This document shows positions 1-7,587 of a DNA stretch of 32,000 nt, in pieces. Source of the DNA: Acaryochloris marina MBIC11017 (GTDB lineage: Bacteria; Cyanobacteriota; Cyanobacteriia; Thermosynechococcales; Thermosynechococcaceae); assembly GCF_000018105.1 (NCBI RefSeq), contig NC_009925.1:4320001-4352000 (forward strand), read 5' to 3'. A program made the translations under genes and the position numbers. Each line of letters opens with the position of its first letter. Within the stretch, counting starts at the first letter, position 1. A model generated the notes under the pieces. The model was given only the letters and a program-made list of their open reading frames with translations. It was not told the origin of the DNA and did no database searches.

Positions 1-164
1 GGCGGTTTTGCCCTCAGTATTTTCAATCAATTCTTGAGCTAGCTCGTCGGTATGTTTGCCAATACGGCCACTGAGCACGAGACCACTCTCTTTCGCAAGA
101 CTCAATGCTATCCAGCAGTCGCCTACCCTCAACTCCTTCGGCTCACAGTGCTTTTGCTTTTTTT
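1..164 (-). CDS. IS1-family transposase, downstream -1 frame (partial, leaves window)
   Basis: A -1 shift on the A7 run (minus strand, 158..164) gives KKKQKHCEPKELRVGDCWIALSLAKESGLVLSGRIGKHTDELAQELIENTEGKTA with no stop up to position 1. This is the expected continuation of an IS1-type transposase. Confidence 0.55.
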
Positions 165-506
165 GACAAAGGACCACAACTCATCTGCATTAATGACGTC
201 GGTCGCAACGGCCTGAACTTCCCCATTGTGAATCATTTGGGATTTATGACTCGCTGAACGAACCACACTCACACAAGTGTTATACGCTACACCCGTGATG
301 CGAGAGAGTCCTCGTAGACTACTCCCTTCAACATGAGCTTGAAGGATGGTCTGGATCGTTTCAGGAGAGATCTGACGGCGATAACACAGGGTGTCAAAGG
401 TCTCACTAAAGGTCTGTTGACAGTGGGGGCAACGGTAACGTTGACTGCCTTTGCTGGTCTTGCCATGTTTGTGGGTTTTAGGATGACCACATAGAGGACA
501 TTGCAT
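129..506 (-). CDS. IS1-family transposase, upstream frame (zinc-finger/HTH part plus start of catalytic part)
   Basis: N-terminal CPLCG...CPHC zinc-finger pair, an HTH-like segment (SLRGLSRITGVAYNT), and DELWSFVKK typical of IS1 transposases. ATG at 506; the TTG at 521 in the ORF track is less likely. The frame stops at 129, shortly after an A7 run. Confidence 0.75.
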   Translation of the reverse strand: MQCPLCGHPKTHKHGKTSKGSQRYRCPHCQQTFSETFDTLCYRRQISPETIQTILQAHVEGSSLRGLSRITGVAYNTCVSVVRSASHKSQMIHNGEVQAVATDVINADELWSFVKKSKSTVSRRS

Positions 507-677
507 GAGGAAATAAAACAACTCGACTCCCTATCGGTTTAACAAACCCACACTTCTTTGATGCACGACCCCAGTGCGACCTCATAAACATACCCTGATC
601 TAGCCACGATCAAGGGGTGTTCCCCTGACACTGCTCGTTCCGAAAATTGTTATCCACTGTGTCATGCTTTTCCTTTT

Positions 678-1340
678 CTAAGCTGCTTTGGTTGCCACAA
701 TAAATGCGACCTTTCCCGAGCCCAGCTGCCAGGTGAACTCACTGGGTTGCCAGGGTTGCTCAACCTCAAAGCCTGCATCCGTCAAACTTTGCTCCAACTC
801 TTGTACCGAAAAGACCCTGACCAGTGGAAATAGCCGCAGAAATTTGCCAATGGGGGCAACCACCTTTAGCCAATCCATCGTTCCTCCCAGGCACACCGTA
901 CTCGTAATAAACCGTCCACCCGGTTTGAGTATGTTGTAGACCTTGGCAATTTCGGTTTCCTTGTCTTTCAGTAAATGCAAAACGTTTAGACCCAGCACCA
1001 CATCAATGCTTTGATTAGGGAGGCTCAACTCGTCAATGCTGGCTTGCTCAAAGGTGACGTTTTGGATGTTCTGGGCCTCGGCTTTGGACCGGGCGATTTT
1101 TATCATGTTGGCTGAAAAATCAATCGCCCGAATATGCTTCACATGGGGCGCATGAATCAAAGCAGTAGAGCCGGTGCCACAGCCAAATTCCAGGACCTCC
1201 ATATCTGGCTGTAGGTACTTTTGCGTCACTTCTAGCTTTTTTTCGTAAGTGGCCTGATCGGCAATGGGCTGCTTGGCATAGCTATCAGCAACTTTGTCCC
1301 AAAACTGCATCGACTGAGTCATAAGCATCTCCTTGGTCAT
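678..1340 (-). CDS. class I SAM-dependent methyltransferase
   Basis: Motif I VLEFGCGTGS, then a downstream acidic loop and DVVLGLNVLHL. 220 aa from the first ATG. The internal ATG at 1322 has a better AAGGAG Shine-Dalgarno site and may be the true start. Confidence 0.85.
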   Translation of the reverse strand: MTKEMLMTQSMQFWDKVADSYAKQPIADQATYEKKLEVTQKYLQPDMEVLEFGCGTGSTALIHAPHVKHIRAIDFSANMIKIARSKAEAQNIQNVTFEQASIDELSLPNQSIDVVLGLNVLHLLKDKETEIAKVYNILKPGGRFITSTVCLGGTMDWLKVVAPIGKFLRLFPLVRVFSVQELEQSLTDAGFEVEQPWQPSEFTWQLGSGKVAFIVATKAA

Positions 1341-1403
1341 GCGATGAGAACGCGATTCGGTGGCTACGAGTCGTCATGGGGAACGATGGGATATCTGGCT
1401 GAG

Positions 1404-1802
1404 TTAAGCAACTTGTGGAATCGGAGGGTGTTCGGTATAAACCGATGGGATATCCCAGGCTTCCGCAATACAGCCATTGACCATTCGCCACACTACAACA
1501 GCATCCAGCTCGATGGGTTGCCCGTTCAACATCATCCGATCTTTGACATGGGTGACGATCAGCTCATCGCCCACTGCCGTAACGGAGATGGGTTCAACCT
1601 GAAAGGTTCCTGCTGTCAGCGTTTCCAATACCTCAAAGAAGGCTTGCAGGCCCGCTAACCCCACATAGTCCCCCTCAATATCGGGGAGGTGGGGATTGAA
1701 AAAATGCCAAACAAAACCAGGGGCAAACAGCGTTGGGTCTGCAGCCAGGTTACTCGGATCTAGTCGTCTAAATATAGAGATATTGGGGTGCTCCCGCCTC
1801 AT
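1404..1802 (-). CDS. SnoaL-like / NTF2-fold family protein
   Basis: About 130 aa with a pattern typical of SnoaL_2/NTF2-like proteins (FF..L....GTF.VEP..V.A.GD..V..V......NG.....DAVVVWR..NG.I.E.WD). ATG at 1802 is preceded by GGAGA. The longer ORF to 1856 starts with GTG. Confidence 0.6.
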   Translation of the reverse strand: MRREHPNISIFRRLDPSNLAADPTLFAPGFVWHFFNPHLPDIEGDYVGLAGLQAFFEVLETLTAGTFQVEPISVTAVGDELIVTHVKDRMMLNGQPIELDAVVVWRMVNGCIAEAWDIPSVYTEHPPIPQVA

Positions 1803-2625
1803 ATTCCATCTCCCAGCTGAATTTTGATCAAGGATTGAACGCTGATGTTGCAGCACTTCAGAAATGATGGTGCAACATGCAACGCACTCTAAGATCCTAG
1901 TATTTCTAACTCGGCTTTATCAAGCTGGCAATACTATTAGAAATAGTCCCTGTAAAAACTAATAGCTTTTCTATTTTTATCTGCCATCCCCCATAAATTA
2001 ATTTGATCTATGGCCTAAGGATATCAATAGGTTAACGCAACAGAATATGGCTAGATAGGATGGCTGATTTTTCCCTAAAGTATTTCTGTGTAAGGGTTTT
2101 AGTGAAGATTTGGCTTTGGGGCATAAGTTTGGATTATCTAGCTAAAGTCCTCTTTAAATATAGAGTTACGAGAGCTGATCTGACCTCATAAACTGTAGAA
2201 GAACTATCGAAGTATATTAGTTAAAAATTCTGCGGAATTTTTTAAAACTTAACTGAACTTTGTTCGTTTTTTGAGGTCATTCTTAATTGAAATCGCACCG
2301 TCAACATTCACAAGATATCTGCTCTCTATTCCGCTCTCATTGGCATCACTGATCTGCCCTGAACATAGAAACGATACCAATGGTGCCAGATGTGACTCTT
2401 ACTGTCGATACCCTTGATAAACACATGCCTAACCGTATCCCTTGGCTGGCCGTTAAAGCCAGTATTCATTTATCGCTGATTTTGTTCTTTTTGTACTTGC
2501 TGAGTTTGAGCATGATGCGCAGGCGACTCAAGCCTGCTGTAGAGAGACCGTCTATTCAACCGGTGACTGAGACAGTCTCAAAGTGTGGCCAGGATAAAAG
2601 ACGTATTATCGCCTTTTGACGTTCT

Positions 2626-4020
2626 CTAAATCTCATGCCCCTGGAGGGACATCAAATTATAGAGAGCCTGTAGCCGGGTTTTCGCGTTCAGTTTAACGAG
2701 GATATTGTTGATATGAAATTTAACCGTACTATCGCTGATAAAGAGCTGCTCAGCGATATCGCGATCACGAAAGCCCTGGACTAATAACGCCAGAACGTCT
2801 CTTTCACGGGCAGAAAGCTGCTGTTCGTCTTGATCTAGTCCCCAGGTTTCCCCTTGCATGACAGATACCACCGCTTCCCCTAATTGCTCAGCAGTGATGG
2901 AAAGCTGGAGGTTTGCCTTGGCGCTTTTGGGTGTTATGGCTGAGCTATGGCTGACCCAAAGCGCATAGTGACTGGTTTCGAGCAGGTCCACTTGATCCGT
3001 TAGAAGCGGGATTTTTGGATCGCTGCTGACGCAAACCTGTAATCCAGCTCCAGAGGCCAGGTGCATCAGTCCCGTTTGCACTAAGGGAGACGCACACTGG
3101 ATGCGCACACGAGTCTCTTGAACGGCTACAGGAAAGGTTAAGGCCACTTGAATGGCCTTGATATTAGGTTCTGAACTGATTTTGAAGATGCCATTAAAAC
3201 ATGACGCCATCAAAGATAAACGACCAAAGGTGGTTCGCTCCCAGGCGCTCCGTTCGGGGGAGACGGGGGCGGCAGCAATGGCTTCTAAGGTTACTGCATC
3301 TTCGCCGTAGGTCAGGCGGCAGTAGCTGCAATCGAGATCCTTAAGGGTTTCAGCAGTCCGCAAAAAGAGATGGGTTTTGGACACGTCTAGACATCGTTCT
3401 GTCCCCAACACCAATACGGTTGCTTGCCCTAAGATATGGGCCATCGCATCCGATAAAGACAGATTGGCCAAGATCCGTTGGGTGTCCATGCCTGGGGGCA
3501 CCTGCCGTTCTGACTGGTGCAGAGACGCCATTTCTAAAGCTACGGTCAGGGTGGTACAGAGACTGGATAAAATCTTCAGAAACTCTGGACGGATAGCGTC
3601 ATGACTAAATACCGCCAAGACACCAATCACCTTATCTCCATGGGCTAAGGGGTACCCTGCAAAGCCGTTGATATTGTTGGCGATGGCCCAATCTGGATTC
3701 CTTACCCAGGATTCCTTGGCCAAATTATTGCTCAGGAGAGAAACCCGATTTTGAGCAATTTTGCCAATCTTAAATTCCCCCATGGGAATGCGGCTGAATG
3801 TGCCGTCAGTGCGGGTATAGAGTCCAGAAGAAGCCACTAGTTTCAGCATCGTCTGATCCGGCTCCACCAGCCAGATGCGGGCAAAGGCACAGTTAAACTG
3901 TTCCACGAAGCCATCTGTGGCGAGACGGGCAATGGTCTCAGGGTCCAATGAGGTGGAAAATCCTAGCGCAACCTTATTGGCTTGCTCTAGGTCCCAGACC
4001 AATGTTGCATTTTCAAGCAT
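2626..4020 (-). CDS. LuxR-family transcriptional regulator with N-terminal GAF-like sensor domain
   Basis: C-terminal LSARERDVLALLVQGFRDRDIAEQLFISDSTVKFHINNILVKLN is a canonical LuxR/FixJ HTH. The N-terminal ~170 aa resemble a GAF domain (ARIWLVE...GKIAQ...GFAGYPL..GDKVIGVLAVFS). Confidence 0.85.
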   Translation of the reverse strand: MLENATLVWDLEQANKVALGFSTSLDPETIARLATDGFVEQFNCAFARIWLVEPDQTMLKLVASSGLYTRTDGTFSRIPMGEFKIGKIAQNRVSLLSNNLAKESWVRNPDWAIANNINGFAGYPLAHGDKVIGVLAVFSHDAIRPEFLKILSSLCTTLTVALEMASLHQSERQVPPGMDTQRILANLSLSDAMAHILGQATVLVLGTERCLDVSKTHLFLRTAETLKDLDCSYCRLTYGEDAVTLEAIAAAPVSPERSAWERTTFGRLSLMASCFNGIFKISSEPNIKAIQVALTFPVAVQETRVRIQCASPLVQTGLMHLASGAGLQVCVSSDPKIPLLTDQVDLLETSHYALWVSHSSAITPKSAKANLQLSITAEQLGEAVVSVMQGETWGLDQDEQQLSARERDVLALLVQGFRDRDIAEQLFISDSTVKFHINNILVKLNAKTRLQALYNLMSLQGHEI

Positions 4021-4511
4021 TTAGAAAAATGTCTAATCCAAATTGTGTGAGTACAGGAAGCAACAGATATCAATTCGGGGGGAACGGTTGGTTCAATCAT
4101 GGGGAAAGTCGGGGAACAGGGCGTCTATGTCCTATGCCAGAACTGCAGGTGATGAGGGGATAGAAGGAAAAGGAGGACGCCTCTAAACCGGCCTATTTCA
4201 ATGGAGACCGCTTCCCGATGATTTCTCTGATCAGGCTGTAGAATCCTTATCAACCCTGCATCAGCAAGAAACCGTTGCATTTTTCCGATCTTCTGAATCA
4301 ATGGTGTGACCAGTTGATTCAGCCTCCTCTATACCCGGACCAGAACATGAACTTGGGGCAACCGTAACGGTTTGAAGCCGTTTGCACAATACCTTTTCGA
4401 TCTTAGAACATCTGTCCTTGAATATCTATCGCATCCGTATTGGAGCGTGCGATCGCAACCCATAGACCACATTCAATCAGATCCGAACTAACCTATTGTG
4501 GAGTACACCCT

Positions 4512-6539
4512 ATGCAACCCTTACCGCGCACCGTTAGCCTAATGTTTATGGCTAGCTTGATGGGGCTGACCCCCATCTCTGCCAGCCTCGCAGCGGAAAG
4601 CCCCAGCCCTCAAACCAGCCTGCCCCCACTGATCGACCGCGAGCTGTTTTTCTCCGATCCAGAGATTTCCGGTGCCCAACTGTCCCCGGATGGTCAATTT
4701 CTGGCCTTCCAAAAACCTCTAAAGGGGGTGATTAATGTCTGGGTTAAAGGCATTAATGAACCGATGTCCGCTGCTCGTCCCGTCACGGCCGACGCTACAA
4801 GCCCGATTATGATCTATTTCTGGAGTGCGGACGGTCGCTATATTCTCTACGGTCAGGATAAAGGGGGCAATGAAAATTTCCGGCTCTATGCCGTTGACCC
4901 CAAAACCGTCGGTGGCCAGACTCAAGCTCGTGACCTTACCCCGTTTGAAGGGATAACAGCTCAGGTCTATGCCGTGCCGAAACGGACCCCCAATGAAGTG
5001 ATTATTGGCCTCAATGACCGTAATCCACAGGTCCATGATGTCTATCGTCTCAATCTCACCACGGGAGAGCGGACCCTCCTGATCCAAAACGATCAGAATA
5101 TTGCGGGCTGGGTCACGGACTTAGATGGAACAGTTCGCCTGGCGGCCCGCCAAACCCTTGAGAAAGGCAATGAACTGCTCAAGGTTGAAAACGGCAAGCT
5201 CACCCCCCTGTATTCCTGCAAGGTTGAGGAGACCTGTGCCCCGATTCGCTTTCACCCAGACGGTCAGCGGGTTTATCTGCGCACCAACCGAGACGTGAAT
5301 TTTACCCGGCTGGAACTGCTCAATGTGGACACTCAGCAGAGCCAACCCGTTGAATCCGATCCTGAAAATCAGGTGGACTTTGGAGGTGCATTATTTTCCC
5401 AGGCCACGGATGAATTGGTTGCCACCTATTACGTGGGCGATCGCCGTCGCGTCTATCCCAAAACCGATCAGCTCACTGCGGATTTGAAGTTTTTGCGCCA
5501 GCAGCTTCCTAAGCTGGAGCTGTCCATTGGGTCGGTCACTCGGGATGATCGATTGGCATTGATTAATGCCCAAAGTGATGTAAATCCTGGAGCCACCTAC
5601 CTATTTGATCGCCAGGCTCAAACTCTGAAAAAGCTCTATGATGTGCGCCCAGAGCTACCCAGTCAACACTTGGCCCCTCGCCAACCGATTCGCTACCGAG
5701 GTCGCGATGGCCAAGAAATTCCAGCCTATCTGACCTTACCCAAAGGCGTTGAGCCCAAGAATCTCCCAGTGATTGTGTTTCCCCACGGTGGCCCTTGGGC
5801 GCGGGATTACTGGGGCTATGACGGTGCCGCCCAGTTCTTGGCCAATCGAGGCTATGCCATTTTGCAGCCCAACTTTCGCGGGTCGACGGGCTATGGAAAG
5901 GCGTTTCTCAATGCGGGAAATGAGCAATGGGGAACCGGCATTATGCAGCATGATGTGACGGATGGCGTCCAGTATCTCATTGACCAGGGTATTGCGGATC
6001 CTAAGCGGGTCGGCATTACCGGGATTTCCTATGGTGGCTATGCGACCTTGGCTGGGTTGGCCTTTACTCCTGAACTGTATGCAGCGGGGGCTTCGGTGGT
6101 GGGTCCCTCCAATATTATGACCCTGCTCAATTCTATTCCCCCCTACTGGGTACCGATGAAATCCATGTTTGCCCTCCGGGTCGGCGACCCAAAGGATCCA
6201 GCCGATCAGGACCGTTTGAAAGCTCAGTCGCCGCTATTCTCGGCCCAGAATATTCAAGCGCCGTTGCTGGTGATTCAAGGTGCCAATGACCCTCGGGTGA
6301 AACAGGCCGAGTCAGATCAGATCGTAGCGGCCTTAAGAGACCTCGGTCGCCCCGTGGACTATCTGATTGCCCCAGATGAAGGTCATGGCTTTCGGAAAGA
6401 GATCAATCTGTTAACCATGACTGCCTCTCTGGAACGCTTTTTTGCCCAGCATCTCGGCGGCCGCTATCAAAAGGAGTTGTCCCCTGAGCTGCAAACCAAC
6501 ATTGAAGCTCTGACGGTGGATATCAAGACGGTGCAGTAG
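4512..6539 (+). CDS. S9-family (prolyl oligopeptidase / acylaminoacyl-peptidase type) serine peptidase, secreted
   Basis: Signal-like N-terminus from the ATG at 4512, an N-terminal beta-propeller-like region, and a C-terminal alpha/beta-hydrolase region. Nucleophile motif GISYGGY, acid GANDPRV, and His in DEGHGF. The ORF is open from TTG 4440. Confidence 0.9.
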   Translation: MQPLPRTVSLMFMASLMGLTPISASLAAESPSPQTSLPPLIDRELFFSDPEISGAQLSPDGQFLAFQKPLKGVINVWVKGINEPMSAARPVTADATSPIMIYFWSADGRYILYGQDKGGNENFRLYAVDPKTVGGQTQARDLTPFEGITAQVYAVPKRTPNEVIIGLNDRNPQVHDVYRLNLTTGERTLLIQNDQNIAGWVTDLDGTVRLAARQTLEKGNELLKVENGKLTPLYSCKVEETCAPIRFHPDGQRVYLRTNRDVNFTRLELLNVDTQQSQPVESDPENQVDFGGALFSQATDELVATYYVGDRRRVYPKTDQLTADLKFLRQQLPKLELSIGSVTRDDRLALINAQSDVNPGATYLFDRQAQTLKKLYDVRPELPSQHLAPRQPIRYRGRDGQEIPAYLTLPKGVEPKNLPVIVFPHGGPWARDYWGYDGAAQFLANRGYAILQPNFRGSTGYGKAFLNAGNEQWGTGIMQHDVTDGVQYLIDQGIADPKRVGITGISYGGYATLAGLAFTPELYAAGASVVGPSNIMTLLNSIPPYWVPMKSMFALRVGDPKDPADQDRLKAQSPLFSAQNIQAPLLVIQGANDPRVKQAESDQIVAALRDLGRPVDYLIAPDEGHGFRKEINLLTMTASLERFFAQHLGGRYQKELSPELQTNIEALTVDIKTVQ

Positions 6540-6604
6540 GAGCCATCCATATTAGGGGTGAGACCGATTCAGTGTATTGCCCCGCAGTTTTTTGAATGTA
6601 GGTT

Positions 6605-7456
6605 ATGGAGAAGATGGTTAACCACGCTGATAAAAAGTTGGGGTACAGGGTTGCCCGGTGTTTGGCGATCGCAAGTCTATCTGTAACCGCCATCCCCTGG
6701 GGCGAACTATCTGTTGCAGCCACTCCCCAATTGGCTCAGCAGACGGTTTCCCTGGCCCAGCCTTTTCAAGATCTCAAGGTCAACGGCTCGATTTTGATTT
6801 ACGACCTCAAACGCAACCGCACCTATCAGCACAATCCGGCTCGCAATACCCAGCCGTTTTTACCTGCATCCACCTTTAAGATCCTCAACTCCCTGATTGC
6901 CCTAGAAACAGGGGTGATTGCTAATGACCTTGCTATTCTGACCTGGGATGGGGTGGAACGCAGTTTCCCCACTTGGAATCGAGACCTGAATTTGCAAACC
7001 GCGTTTAAGGTATCGGCAGTCTGGTTCTACCAGGTATTAGCGCGTCGCATTGGCTTTCAGCGGATGCAGCAATGGGTGACTAAAGTCGGCTACGGCAATC
7101 AATCCATTGGCAAGGCCGATGAGATAGATACCTTTTGGCTGACGGGAGATTTACGGATTTCACCGACGGAACAGATTCAGTTCCTCCAGCGGTTGTATCG
7201 CAATGAACTCCCTTTTTCAGAATCTGCGATCGCAACGGTGAAACAGATCATGATTGTGGAGCAAACACCTGAGTACACCATCCGAGCGAAGACGGGTTGG
7301 GCACTTCAGCCTGGCATTGGTTGGTATGTGGGTTATGTCGAGCAAAATGACAATGTCTATTTCTTTGCCACCAATCTCGATATCGGTGATCAGAAAGATT
7401 TACCCGCTCGGGCAGAAGTAACGCGTCGCAGTTTGAAAGCTTTAAATCTGTTGTAG
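6605..7456 (+). CDS. class D (OXA-like) beta-lactamase
   Basis: All class D hallmark motifs occur in order: STFK (PASTFKILN), SxV (KVSAVWFYQ), YGN (GYGNQSIG), WL..DLRISPTEQIQFL, and KTG (AKTGWA). N-terminal signal-like segment. 283 aa. Confidence 0.85.
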   Translation: MEKMVNHADKKLGYRVARCLAIASLSVTAIPWGELSVAATPQLAQQTVSLAQPFQDLKVNGSILIYDLKRNRTYQHNPARNTQPFLPASTFKILNSLIALETGVIANDLAILTWDGVERSFPTWNRDLNLQTAFKVSAVWFYQVLARRIGFQRMQQWVTKVGYGNQSIGKADEIDTFWLTGDLRISPTEQIQFLQRLYRNELPFSESAIATVKQIMIVEQTPEYTIRAKTGWALQPGIGWYVGYVEQNDNVYFFATNLDIGDQKDLPARAEVTRRSLKALNLL

Positions 7457-7587
7457 ATGAATTGTCATTCGTTTGATCCGATCCATCCTGTGTTGTCATC
7501 AGCATTAATCGTGAGAGTTTAAAGCTAGCAATTAGTCTGTATTGTCCACGAGAACGTCAATCGCAAATTCTAAAACTGCAGGCAATA

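Larger units (their letters stand above)
1..600 (-). mobile_element. IS1-family insertion sequence, partial (continues past the left window edge); right boundary not determined
   Basis: Contains an IS1-type transposase reading frame (entries below). The element end must lie between the transposase start (506) and the next gene (678). No inverted repeat can be confirmed because the other end is outside the window. Confidence 0.55.

Noticed and set aside
688-1658. Plus-strand ORFs 688-939 and 1344-1658, and minus-strand ORF 1285-1491.
   Set aside because: They are antisense to, or overlap, the methyltransferase and SnoaL-like genes, which have recognisable motifs. The translations show no features of their own.
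2380-2619. A 79-aa ORF with one hydrophobic helix in the AT-rich gap.
   Set aside because: There is no ribosome-binding site or recognisable family, and it abuts the 3' end of the convergent LuxR gene. Evidence is too weak to call a gene, so it is kept only as a note in the AT-rich gap finding.
3377-6723. Assorted short ORFs inside or antisense to the LuxR, S9 peptidase and beta-lactamase genes (3377-3604, 3948-4163, 4719-5087, 5121-5345, 5391-5573, 5736-5951, 5773-5958, 6523-6723, 6658-6879).
   Set aside because: All are nested in or opposite to long ORFs with clear family motifs, so there is no independent support.
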